Shown here: one piece after another, positions 23,280 through 37,802 of the stretch
How positions within the stretch are numbered: the first letter of the stretch is position 1
How the letters are laid out: each line of letters starts with the position of its first letter
Source: an uncultured Phycisphaerales bacterium
Lineage (GTDB): Bacteria > Planctomycetota > Phycisphaerae > Sedimentisphaerales > Anaerobacaceae
DNA: 64,000 nucleotides
Assembly: GCA_963772725.1 (NCBI GenBank)
Contig: CAVYYI010000003.1
Span: 128,001 to 192,000, forward strand
Direction of reading: 5' to 3'
The notes under the pieces: model-generated
What the model was told of the DNA's origin: nothing
The model's database searches: none
The model's input: the letters and a program-made list of their open reading frames with translations, nothing else
Position numbers and translations under genes: made by a program

Positions 23280-23927
23280 CTAAGCCTTCTGAGAATTGCG
23301 TATTATTACATAGCCGCCGGAAGGCCCAGGTACTGCTCCTTTTATTACCAGCAGATTCTTTTCCTGGTCTATCGAAACAACTTTATGCGTTTTTATAGTA
23401 ACACGATGACCGCCCATACGACCAGCCATCCTTTTACCTTTCTTAATATTTCCACCATGACCACGGTCCGTACCGTGACCTGACTGCGAACCCGGCGCCC
23501 TGTGTTTTCTTTCAGTTCCGTGAGATGCCGGAAAACCGCCGAAACCATGACGTTTCATTACGCCAGCATACCCTTTGCCTTTGCTGGTACCTATTACATC
23601 GACAACCTTTGTGTCAGCAAAAGTATTAACCGTTACTGAGTCACCGGCTTTATATTCCATCTTTGCGTCAACAGGCAACCGCATTTCTTTGACAAATCTC
23701 TTTGGTACCGTGTTCGCCTTTTCCGCATGTTTGACGGCAGCCTTGATTCTTCGGGACGGCTTGACATCATCGTAGCCCAACTGAATGGCATTGTAACCAT
23801 CCGAATCAATCGTTTTCACCTGCATTATCGCACAAGGGCCTGCCTGTATAACTGTAACAGGCAACAGATTACCTGCCTCGTCATATACCTGAGTCATCCC
23901 AACTTTTTTTCCCAGCAGCATTACCAT
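23280..23927 (-). CDS. rplC: 50S ribosomal protein uL3
   Basis: GKKVGMTQ, SKGKGYAGVMKRH, KGAVPG. Confidence 0.98.
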   Translation of the reverse strand: MVMLLGKKVGMTQVYDEAGNLLPVTVIQAGPCAIMQVKTIDSDGYNAIQLGYDDVKPSRRIKAAVKHAEKANTVPKRFVKEMRLPVDAKMEYKAGDSVTVNTFADTKVVDVIGTSKGKGYAGVMKRHGFGGFPASHGTERKHRAPGSQSGHGTDRGHGGNIKKGKRMAGRMGGHRVTIKTHKVVSIDQEKNLLVIKGAVPGPSGGYVIIRNSQKA

Positions 23928-23989
23928 TATCTCGTTTTCCTGTTTTCTTCTCGCCTTATACTGGCGTCTTCCTTTTTTAACTGTTTTTA

Positions 23990-24304
23990 TTAAGCCTTAA
24001 TTTTTACAAATACTCCAGCGGGAACCACCAAACGATTCAATACTTCCACCGTCCGTGCGTTAGCCTCATAAATATCAATCAGCCGTTTATGTGTCCGCAG
24101 TTCAAATTGCTCGCGAGATTTCTTGTCAACGTGCGGACTTCGCAATACCGTGTATCTTTCAATACGGGTAGGCAGCGGAACTGGACCGCTGACCCGGGCG
24201 TTGGTTCTCCTGGCGTGTTCTACTATCTCTTTAGCAGATGAATCAAGAGCCTTATGGTCATAAGCTTCCATCCTGATTCTGATTCTTTCGCTTTCAGCTG
24301 CCAT
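23990..24304 (-). CDS. rpsJ: 30S ribosomal protein uS10
   Basis: [20 protein letters not shown]. Confidence 0.98.
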   Translation of the reverse strand: MAAESERIRIRMEAYDHKALDSSAKEIVEHARRTNARVSGPVPLPTRIERYTVLRSPHVDKKSREQFELRTHKRLIDIYEANARTVEVLNRLVVPAGVFVKIKA

Positions 24305-24714
24305 AACTTTCCTTTACCATTAGCACAAAACCGCTTTTTTTTCGTTTTATGCCCTATAAAATCACAGCGTATTCTTCTAAAACAACCTATTAAACACATC
24401 ACAAGGCTATAACACCACAATTAGCGTATCGAAAATCACCGTTCACTAACTTAGCCTTGCTCGATTTTGGCAGGAAAGACATTATTTATTGATTGCCCTA
24501 AACTTCAAAAACCTCTATTAGCAATCAACCTTTCGTCTTCCTTAAATTTGGTGTCGGGCTCATCTTTGCCCTCAAAACCACTTTTCAGGCTTCGACAAAA
24601 CCCTTAAAGCCTTACCAAACCATCCTTGGCAACATTAATACCGATATGCCACAGCCCAACTATTTTTATCGCAAAGTCGTCCCTGACAGTGCTCGCTACG
24701 GCTGAAAAACTACT

Positions 24715-24743
24715 CTTGTACCACTAAAGTTTATATATGTCAA
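24715..24743 (-). promoter_or_regulatory. candidate sigma70 promoter for the S10 cluster
   Basis: TTGACA-17 nt-TACAAG (TG-extended), with A/T tracts upstream; -10 is imperfect. Confidence 0.5.
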
Positions 24744-24791
24744 AAAAAAATTGTTAAAATTTTTAAAAAATTTGCAAAAAAATCAATTTTT

Positions 24792-26867
24792 TTAAGGCAA
24801 AATCTTTTCCACAAGCTGCGCAGGCACCTTTTCATAGTCCAAAGGCTCCATTGTAAAGCTTCCACGCCCCCCAGTTGCGCTGCGGATTTCACCGGAATAG
24901 CCGAACATTTCCACCAACGGCACCCTTGCGTCAATAACTATCATGTTGCCGTGACTCCGCGTATCCGTTATTAAACCGCGTTTTCCAAGTAAATTCCCCT
25001 GAACCACACCAAAAAATGACTCCGGTACGATTACCTGAACCTTCATAATCGGTTCAAGCAAAACAGGTTTGGCTTTTCTCAGAACTTCCGCCACCCCTAT
25101 CACCGCCGCCTGTTCAAAAGCTATATCCGAAGAATCCACCGGATGATACGAGCCGTCTATCAGCGATATTTTAACACCTATAACAGGGTAGCCCGCCAAT
25201 GCACCGCTGCTCAAAGCCTCGTGAACGCCTCTTTCTACAGAAGGTATGTATTCCTTAGGTATAACACCGCCGATAATTTTATTTTCAAATTCAACTTCCT
25301 TGCTCCAAAGGCCGTTTTCAGTCAACAATGGCTCAACCGTCAAAACCACATCCCCAAACTGGCCATGACCGCCCGTCTGACGTACAAATTTGCCCCGCGC
25401 CTCCGCGGTACCGCTGATTGTTTCCTTATATGCGACCTTTGGCTTACCCACGCGTACGTCAACTCTTTTTTCGCGAATCAGTTTATGCTGCAGTATTTCC
25501 AAGTGAAGCTCGCCCATCCCGCTTATAATTGTCTGGCCTGTCTCAGAATCAAATTTGCACTCAAATGTCGGGTCCTCACGTTTCAGGTCGCCAAGCGCTT
25601 CGGACAGTTTCGCCTTGTCCGCGGCAGTTACCGGTTCAATTGACATACTTATAACAGGTTCCGGGAATGTTATGCTCGGCAGACATACAGGATGCTTTGG
25701 CTCGCAAATAGTATCACCTGTAAGTGTTTCTTTAAGACCTACAACTGCGACAATATCGCCCGCACTGGCGGAATCTATGATTTGACGCTCATTGGCGTGC
25801 ATCTCAAATATACGCGTAATATTTTCACGCTTGCTCCGGGTTGCGTCCAGAACTCTGCTGCCCGATTTCAGCGTACCCTGATATATCCTCAGGTAATTCA
25901 AATCACCGTGAGCATCGCTGGTAATTTTAAATACAAGCGCAACCATACTGCCATTCGGGTCGCACTTAACCGTTATCTTCTTTTCCTTATCTCCGGGTTT
26001 ATGACCAATTATCTCATCCTTATCCAGCGGTGACGGCAAATATTCCACAACACCATCCAGCAGCATTTGTATGCCCACGTTTCGCAGTGCCGACCCTACA
26101 AAAACAGGGTTCAGCTTATTTTGCATCGTTCCTTTCCTCACGGCCCTTTTAATAATTTCTTCCCCTATCGGCTCATTATGAACGTAAAGATTCATCATTT
26201 CCTCATCATATTCAGCCGCAAGTTCAAGCATATCATGCCTGTACTGTTTTGCCCTTTCGAGTAGTTCAGAAGGAATTTCAACTTCCTCAAAATTCTTTCC
26301 CAGCGTTTCAGTATTAAAATAAATCGCCTTCATCTTAATCAGGTCTATCAGCCCCTCAAACGTAGTGTCCTCTCCTATCGGTATCTGCATTACTATGGGA
26401 TTTGCCACAAGTTTTTCGTTGATGCTTTGCATGCTCATTTCAAAATTAGCGCCCATCTTGTCCATTTTGTTAAGAAAGCAAAGACACGGCAATCCGTACT
26501 TCTGTCCCTGACGCCAGACTGTCTCGCTCTGCGCCTGTACGCCTTCGCTGCCGTCAAATACCGCCACTGCTCCGTCAAGAACACGGAGAGACCTTTCGAC
26601 TTCCGCTGTAAAATCAATATGCCCCGGCGTATCAATAAGGTTAATCTCATATTCTTTCCACGGACATTTTATTGCCGCTGAAGTAATTGTAATACCCCTT
26701 TTCTGCTCTTCTTCAAGATAATCCATCACCGCCGTGCCATCATGCACCTCGCCCATCTTATAAGTTAAACCAGTATAATAAAGTACGCGCTCGCTTACAG
26801 TCGTCTTACCCGCGTCGATATGCGCCATAATCCCGATATTTCTCAATTTTGACAAATCAACCGCCAT
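24792..26867 (-). CDS. fusA: elongation factor G
   Basis: AHIDAGKTT, RGITITSAA, DTPGH, NKMD, GMGELHLEI. Confidence 0.97.
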   Translation of the reverse strand: MAVDLSKLRNIGIMAHIDAGKTTVSERVLYYTGLTYKMGEVHDGTAVMDYLEEEQKRGITITSAAIKCPWKEYEINLIDTPGHIDFTAEVERSLRVLDGAVAVFDGSEGVQAQSETVWRQGQKYGLPCLCFLNKMDKMGANFEMSMQSINEKLVANPIVMQIPIGEDTTFEGLIDLIKMKAIYFNTETLGKNFEEVEIPSELLERAKQYRHDMLELAAEYDEEMMNLYVHNEPIGEEIIKRAVRKGTMQNKLNPVFVGSALRNVGIQMLLDGVVEYLPSPLDKDEIIGHKPGDKEKKITVKCDPNGSMVALVFKITSDAHGDLNYLRIYQGTLKSGSRVLDATRSKRENITRIFEMHANERQIIDSASAGDIVAVVGLKETLTGDTICEPKHPVCLPSITFPEPVISMSIEPVTAADKAKLSEALGDLKREDPTFECKFDSETGQTIISGMGELHLEILQHKLIREKRVDVRVGKPKVAYKETISGTAEARGKFVRQTGGHGQFGDVVLTVEPLLTENGLWSKEVEFENKIIGGVIPKEYIPSVERGVHEALSSGALAGYPVIGVKISLIDGSYHPVDSSDIAFEQAAVIGVAEVLRKAKPVLLEPIMKVQVIVPESFFGVVQGNLLGKRGLITDTRSHGNMIVIDARVPLVEMFGYSGEIRSATGGRGSFTMEPLDYEKVPAQLVEKILP

Positions 26868-26952
26868 TAAAATTCCTTTTCTTTACATTAAAAATAACAT
26901 CCCGACGAAGTCGGAATTCCGTCTGCGGTGAGCCTGTCGAACCGCAATTTCG

Positions 26953-27003
26953 CATTTTAAACTTTGATTTTTGAACTCTCAAACTGACTATCGGTCAGTT
27001 TGA
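26953..27003. repeat. dispersed intergenic palindromic element, copy 1
   Basis: T-rich lead plus TCAAACTGAC-TATCG-GTCAGTTTGA; similar copy at 48663-48720. Confidence 0.7.
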
Positions 27004-27008
27004 TTAAA

Positions 27009-27052
27009 TAAAAAAACTGCCACAGATATTTGCTAAAAAACACTGTGGCAGT
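27009..27052 (-). terminator. intrinsic terminator after rpsG
   Basis: ACTGCCACAG...CTGTGGCAGT 10-bp stem followed by TTTTTT on the minus strand, 14 nt after the rpsG stop. Confidence 0.65.
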
Positions 27053-27066
27053 CATAAAACAAACAA

Positions 27067-27540
27067 TTACCACGCAAAGTGGGCAAACGCCTTATTCGCC
27101 TCGGCCATCTTATGGATATTTTCCCGTGTTGTCATCGCTCCGCCGTTACCGTTATAAGCGTCAATCAGCTCAGCCGCCAGCCTGTCACTCATCGGCTTGC
27201 CTTTTTTGCCCCTGGCGGAAAGCAGTATCCACCGAAATGCCAGCGACTGCTGACGTTTCGCGTTTACCTGCATCGGAACCTGGTAACTTGCTCCACCGAC
27301 ACGCTTGCTGCGAACCTCGATCATCGGCTTAACATTATTTATTGCCTTTTCAAACACCTCAAGGGGAGCCGTATCTTTAATCTTCTCCGACACAACATCC
27401 ATCGCATCATAAAAAACCTTTTGAGCGATGCTCTTTTTGCCCTGTTCCATCAGACAATTTATAAACTTCGATACCAGCTTACTATTGTAAACATGGTCGG
27501 GCTTAAGCTGTTTTTCCGATGCAGTAAACTTTTTTGCCAT
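27067..27540 (-). CDS. rpsG: 30S ribosomal protein uS7
   Basis: RVGGASYQVP, HKMAEANKAFAHF. Confidence 0.98.
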   Translation of the reverse strand: MAKKFTASEKQLKPDHVYNSKLVSKFINCLMEQGKKSIAQKVFYDAMDVVSEKIKDTAPLEVFEKAINNVKPMIEVRSKRVGGASYQVPMQVNAKRQQSLAFRWILLSARGKKGKPMSDRLAAELIDAYNGNGGAMTTRENIHKMAEANKAFAHFAW

Positions 27541-27597
27541 TATCTTTCCTCGTTATACTTCCTTTACTCTTATCTTCTATCGTATCTGAATCAATCT

Positions 27598-27969
27598 TTA
27601 TTTCGCCGTTTTTGCTCCGTACTTGCTTCTGCCCTGCTTGCGATTAGCCACACCGGCGCAGTCAAGAACGCCGCGAATTATGTGATAACGAACGCCCGGC
27701 AAATCACGCACACGACCGCCGCGAATCATCACCGTGCTGTGTTCCTGCAGATTATGGTCGATTCCGGGTATATACGCCGTTACTTCCTTGCCGTTGGTTA
27801 ATCTCACACGAGCGATTTTACGTAATGCCGAGTTAGGCTTCTTAGGGGTCTGTGTCCTGACTATCAGGCACACGCCTCTCTTTTGCGGCGAACCGCTGAT
27901 ATCTGAAACACGCTTGGTACCTTTCGCTTTGCCTCTCGGCTTTTTTACAAACTGATTAATAGTTGCCAT
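27598..27969 (-). CDS. rpsL: 30S ribosomal protein uS12
   Basis: [25 protein letters not shown]. Confidence 0.98.
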   Translation of the reverse strand: MATINQFVKKPRGKAKGTKRVSDISGSPQKRGVCLIVRTQTPKKPNSALRKIARVRLTNGKEVTAYIPGIDHNLQEHSTVMIRGGRVRDLPGVRYHIIRGVLDCAGVANRKQGRSKYGAKTAK

Positions 27970-27993
27970 AATTCTCTTTCAATCTCACTTAAT

Positions 27994-30900
27994 TTATATT
28001 TGTTCTATTCCCAAAGCTTCCTTAATAGCCGCCTCAGCTTTGGCTTCTGCTTCCTTAACTTCCTTTATTTCTTCCAGAACTTTCGGCACTGGTGCCTCTG
28101 CAAGATGTTTCACTCTCGTTTCAAGATAACGCCTGAATCCTGTGCCTGCGGGAATCAAATGACCCAGTATCACGTTCTCCTTTAAACCGACAAGTTCATC
28201 TACTCTACCAGCTAACGCCGCCTGAGTCAAGACCTTAGTTGTTTCCTGGAAGCTCGCCGCCGCTATGAAACTTTCCGAGCGAAGCGACGCCTTGGTAATT
28301 CCCAACAGCAGCGTCTTGGCTGTTGCGGGCTTTGCCCTGGCACCTTTTGCACCGGTACCACCTATCAGTTCCACCTTATCGTTGATTTTGGCCAGTTCTT
28401 CCTTGGTTACAAGCTGACCTTCCTTTAAATCAACCGCGTCACCGGGTTTACTTATCCTGATACAGCCGGCAAGTCTTTCATTTTCTTTGCGGAAAATAAA
28501 TTTATCCACTACTTCGCCGGGAAGAAACGAACTGTCGCCCACAGATTCAATCTCAACCTTGTGCATCATCTGAGAGCAGATAATCTCTATGTGCTTGTCA
28601 TTTATACCAACGTTCTGAGAACGATATACATTTTGAATTTCACTTATCAGATACCGCTGAAGCGCCTCTTCACCTTTGATTCTCAATATATCGTGTGGAA
28701 TCAGCGGACCGTCCGTCAACGCGTCGCCAGCTTCCACCATATCGCCGGTGTGGACATTAAGATGCCTATCCCTGAGAACGTGGTGTCCTTTTCCATTCCG
28801 CTTTCGCCGCGAACGATAATAGTCATTTTGCCCTTGCGCTTGTCGCTGCGCAATTCAACGCGGCCGCTGATTTCCGCCATCGCCGCCGGGTCCTTGGGCT
28901 TGCGAGCCTCGAACACTTCCGTAACTCTCGGCAAACCGCCCGTAATATCCTGTGTGCCGCCCGTCTCTCGCGGCTGATGCGCAAGAAGCTGACCGGCCTT
29001 AACTTTGTCGCCTTCCTTTATCTCTACTCTCGCGCCGGCGGGCAGATAATGAACATCGAGTATCTTGCCGTCCGCGTCTTCTACAATTATCTGTGGATGC
29101 TTATCGCCCTTGTGTTCTATCACAACCAGCTTGCCGACATGGCCTTTCCGTTCCTCTTCGAACCGAACGGTTTCACCTTCCAGAATATCAACGAAACGGG
29201 CAGTTCCCCCAACCTCTGCCAGAATCGGCGTCCGGTGCGGGTCCCAGTTAAACAGTTTTTGTCCTTGCGATACTTCCTCACTATTATCAACCTGCATGGC
29301 CGCACCGTAAGGAACCTTGTATTTTTCAAGCTCTCGCCCTTTTTCGTCCACTAATACCAGTTCGCCGCTGCGCTTCAGTACGATACCCTTTGATGGGGAA
29401 TCCCCTGTCGGGTCTTCGACAACGCCAAGATTTCGATATTCAACTTTACCTTTGGAGTCGGCTTTCTGGTCGCTTTCGAGAATCGCTCTCGACGCTACAC
29501 CGCCCGTATGGAACGTCCGCAATGTCAACTGAGTACCAGGCTCACCAATTGACTGGGCACCGATAATACCTACCGCCATACCTTCCTCAACAAGCTCCTT
29601 GGTGCTCAAATCCCAGCCGTAACATTTCGCGCAGACGCCAAACGGACTATCGCACGTCAGCGGGCTTCGCACGCGTACCGCGTCAAGACCCAATACCTCG
29701 ATTTTCTTCGCTATTTCCGGCGTTATAATCTCGTTTTCCTTGACTATCATTTCATCCGTAATCGGGTTGCGGATATTGTCTCTCGCTGTCCTTCCGACTA
29801 TAAGTTCAGAAAGAGGTACTTCCGCCTGCTCGCCGCCGCTGACCACACTCTTGGTAATACCCTGCAGCGTCCCGCAATCACGTTCGCTTATAATTACGTT
29901 CTGCGAAACATCTATCAGTTTGCGGGTAAGATAACCCGAGTTAGCCGTCTTCAAGGCCGTATCCGCCAACCCTTTACGGGCGCCGTGAGTCGAACTGAAA
30001 TACTCGAGAACCGTCATTCCCTCGCGGAAATTGGATTTAATAGGCGTCTCAATAATTTCACCGCCGGGCTTGGCCATCAGTGCACGCATACCAGCGAGCT
30101 GCTGAATCTGGTCAACGCTGCCTCTCGCACCGGAATCCGTCATAAGAAATATCGGGTTCAGATACTCCCTTATATTGAACCTTGGAGAAGATCTGCCTGT
30201 AGCAGAATATTTGCGCATCAGCTTGTTTTTAACTAATTTTAATTCATTCAATTCGAGACCTTTTGAAATTGGAACAAAATTAAATTCTAATCGTTTTTTG
30301 ATATACTCTATCGCTCCATGGTCATCCGTTTTCTCTAATTTCCTTATAGCTTTATACAAACTATTATCTTTGTTCTGAACACAGTCCTTAAGCCGCCCCG
30401 CAACACCATCCTGTCGTACATAAGCATATCCAATGTTTTCTATACGTTCTGGTTTTTCTTTATCTCTAAAAAAGTATATTCCTGGTTCATAGAATTCTTT
30501 CCCCCGTTCTTTTGGGGCAACACTGGGATCTGAATACCACGGGCCCGACTTAATTTTGTCACAGCATTCCTTAAAATATTCATCTATATTTTCACTTGTG
30601 GCATCTTGCACACCCTCAGAGTCATCCTGGTCATCTGCCTTCAGGCCTCGCACCATTTCATTCGTAACTGCCACGCGGGCGTGAGTCCACGCGTCAACGA
30701 CCTGGTTATATCTTTCGCCTTCGGTCAAAACGCCCATCTGGTAGTTTTTATAGATTTTCTTAACCTTCTTTTCAGTCTCGTCTATAATTTCCTGCTTCTT
30801 TGCCGGTATTTTAAGGTCGGTAAGTCCGAAACTAAGACCCGCAAGCGTCGCGTACTTAAAGCCCAAATCCTTAATCCTGTCAAGCAAATCCACAGTTTCA

Positions 30901-32738
30901 GCCGTACCGGCAATCGCCGACGTATCGCTTATAACTTTTCCCAACGTCTTTTTGGACATCGTTATGTTGTAAAACGGCATCTTCGGGGAAAGTATATCGT
31001 TGAATATGCACCTGCCAACCGTTGTCTCAATTATCTGATAAGGCTTATCTTTATAGGCTTCCTTGCGAGGCTCGCCGGCAACTTCTTTATCTATCTTTAC
31101 CTTAACTTTTGCCTGAATATAAACTTTACCCGTTTCGTAAGCCATTATAGCCTCGAACGGATTGGCAAACGCCATTCCGCAACCCTTTTCCTCCTCATTG
31201 ATGCTCATGTGCGTCAGGTAATAATTGCCCATCACCATATCCTGAGAAGGGCCAACCATCGGTGAGCCATTCGATGGCGAAAAGATATTGCCCGTTGTCA
31301 TCATCAGCGTATGAGCTTCCGCCTGCGCCTCGATACTCAGCGGCAAATGAACAGCCATCTGGTCGCCGTCGAAGTCCGCGTTAAAACCTCTGCACGCCAG
31401 CGGATGAAGCATAATGGCGTTACCTTCGACGAGTATCGGCTCAAACGCCTGAACGCCCATTCTGTGCAGCGTCGGTGCGCGGTTTAACAAAACCGGATGC
31501 TGATAAATCGCCTCTTCGAGAATATCCCAGATATGCTCCTCACGCCGCTCTATCATTCTTTTAGCGCTCTTAATCGTATCGGCGTAACCCTGCTGTTTAA
31601 GTTTCCTGATAATAAACGGTTGATACAATTCCAGCGCTATCCTCTTCGGCAACCCGCACTGATTAAGTTTCAGGTTAGGACCGACTACAATTACGGAACG
31701 CGCTGAATAATCAACACGCTTGCCAAGCAGGTTCTCTCTGAACCGACCCTGCTTGCCTCTTATCATATCCGTAAGACTCTTCAAAGGCCTGTTGTTGCTC
31801 CCAAGAACAGGTCTGCGGCAGCTGCCATTATCGAACAATGAATCTACCGCCTGCTGAAGCATTCGTTTTTCATTACGAATAATTACTTCCGGCGCATTTA
31901 GATCGATAAGTTTTTTCAACCGGTTATTGCGATTGATAATTCGCCTGTAAAGGTCATTCAAGTCGCTTGTCGCGAAATTTCCGCTCTCTAACAGCACCAG
32001 CGGACGCAAATCCGGCGGTATCACCGGAATCACCTCAAAAACCATCCAGCTCGGCTTATTGCTGCTGCTTTTGACTGAGTTTACCGTTTTAAGACGCTTT
32101 GTCAGGTCTTTGATTTTCTGCTTGCTCTTTGTCTTGGTTACCCCAAGTCTCAGTTCGCGACCTAACACATCAAGGTCAAGATTAGACAGCAACGTCTTAA
32201 TCGCCTCGCCGCCCATTGCCGCCTTAAAAGTGTTCCCATATTTATTGCTCGCCTCACGGCATTCTTCTTCGTTGAGTAATTGACCAGCCTTCATCGGGCT
32301 CTGACCCGCATCAATTACTACATAATCCTGAAAATAAATTATCTTCTCAAGGCTCGATGCTTTCATATCGAGAAGTGTCGCCAGATGATTCGGAACTGCC
32401 TTGAAAAACCATATATGAACACACGGCGACGCAAGATTGATATGACCCATTCTTTTGCGGCGAACTCTGCTGTGGGTAACCTTCACACCGCACCGGTCGC
32501 ATATTATCCCTTTGAATTTCGTGCCTTTATACTTGCCGCACGCGCATTCCCAGTCCCGCTCAGGACCAAAAATTCGTTCGCAGAACAAACCGTCTTTTTC
32601 CGGACGATACGTGCGGTAATTAATCGTCTCAGGCTTGCGAACCTCGCCGAAAGACCAGCTTCGAATATCATTGGGACTTGCAAGTGAAATCTTTACCGAA
32701 CCGTAATCATTAATTCTATCGTAAATATTTCCCAACAT
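27994..32738 (-). CDS. rpoC: RNA polymerase beta-prime subunit with a large internal insertion; one apparent frameshift near 28.75-28.79 kb
   Basis: [47 protein letters not shown]. Confidence 0.97.
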
Positions 32739-32792
32739 TTAAGGCTAACTCCTTATTTTAATCTGATATCTTTTTTCAGAACATTTTCTACT

Positions 32793-36579
<3,787 letters not shown>

Positions 36580-36669
36580 TTATAGCTCCCATTTATTGGC
36601 TAATAGCGAATAGCGGCAGTACTTTCTGCTCGCTATCCGCTAATTCCATTATTCTGACTTTTTTACTTC

Positions 36670-37074
36670 TTATGCTAATTCGATTGTCGCCCCAGCTGCT
36701 TCCAACTGCTTCTTTGCCGCCTCGGCCTCATCTTTGCTCATACCTTCTTTAACAGTCTTCGGTGCGCCTTCTACGAGGTCTTTCGCCTCTTTAAGCCCTA
36801 ATCCTGTTATAGCGCGGATTTCCTTAATAACCTGAATCTTCTTGTCGCCGAATCCCTTTAACACCAGGTTAAAGCTGGTCTTCTCTTCCGCCTTTTCCGC
36901 CGCGCCTGCGCCAGCTGCCGGCCCTGCCATCATCACTGCGCCGCCCGCCGCCGGTTCAATCCCGTATTCCGCCTTCAAATAATCCGCCAGTTCTTTCGCC
37001 TGCATCAGCGTTAAACCGACTATCTTATCTCCCAATTCCTTTACCGCACTGTTCCACTCTTTACCTTCTGCCAT
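36670..37074 (-). CDS. rplL: 50S ribosomal protein bL12 (L7/L12)
   Basis: [24 protein letters not shown]. Confidence 0.97.
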   Translation of the reverse strand: MAEGKEWNSAVKELGDKIVGLTLMQAKELADYLKAEYGIEPAAGGAVMMAGPAAGAGAAEKAEEKTSFNLVLKGFGDKKIQVIKEIRAITGLGLKEAKDLVEGAPKTVKEGMSKDEAEAAKKQLEAAGATIELA

Positions 37075-37200
37075 TGTATTCAACTCCTGTTATTACCTTA
37101 CGCCCTATGGTAGCCGAAACTACACCGTCTCGTTTAACCCGCCTTGGCGGGGCAGCCATAAAGGCAATTTTTATTTACTCGTTATTTGTTAAATTGTTCT

Positions 37201-37743
37201 TTACGCCGCCGGTTTTTCCGCTTTTTCCGCCTTTTCTATAATGCTCTTTATGCAGCCAGCGATTGCTCCCGCAGGTGATGTTATAGCCGAGGCCAGCTTT
37301 GCTCCAGGTGACATGAACAACATAACTATCTGCGACCTCAGTTCCGCACGGTTGGGAAGCTTTGAAAGCCTCTTGGCACTCAACGCGTCCAAAACCGAAT
37401 TATCCACAAATGCGGCCCTTATCTCCAAAACAGGTATCTTCTTGACCCATTCTTCGATTTCCTTTGCCGCGTCAACTATGCTCTCACCACCGTAAACAAT
37501 TGTACACGTACCCTCAAAAATCGGCGATGCATCAGCGAGCTTCTGGTTAGCCAGGGCTTTTTTGAACAAAGAATTCTTCACCACCAGTAAGCCTATGCCC
37601 TTTCTGCCAAGCTGACCTCGCATAATGTTGTTCTCAATCCCGTTGACGCCCTTTGTGCTTACCACTATAAAATCACTGACTTTATGCTTCGCGATTATAT
37701 TTTCGTATTCCGCCTGCAATAATCCTTTTATTTGTTTACTCAT
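37201..37743 (-). CDS. rplJ: 50S ribosomal protein uL10
   Basis: VVKNSL, LSKLPNRAEL; between rplA and rplL. Confidence 0.93.
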   Translation of the reverse strand: MSKQIKGLLQAEYENIIAKHKVSDFIVVSTKGVNGIENNIMRGQLGRKGIGLLVVKNSLFKKALANQKLADASPIFEGTCTIVYGGESIVDAAKEIEEWVKKIPVLEIRAAFVDNSVLDALSAKRLSKLPNRAELRSQIVMLFMSPGAKLASAITSPAGAIAGCIKSIIEKAEKAEKPAA

Positions 37744-37802
37744 TTTATCACCTTAAATGCTTAATATTCTGAGCCTTTAAAAAACATCACCTTTTCTGCC
37801 GA

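Noticed and set aside
30165..30639. Intein in rpoC
   Set aside because: No block-A start at the junction, no terminal His-Asn followed by Cys/Ser/Thr, and too short for Hint plus endonuclease.
19752..31265. Long plus-strand ORFs opposite ribosomal and RNAP genes (e.g. 19752-20429, 27079-27801, 30606-31265)
   Set aside because: Antisense shadows of conserved genes, with no recognisable motifs.
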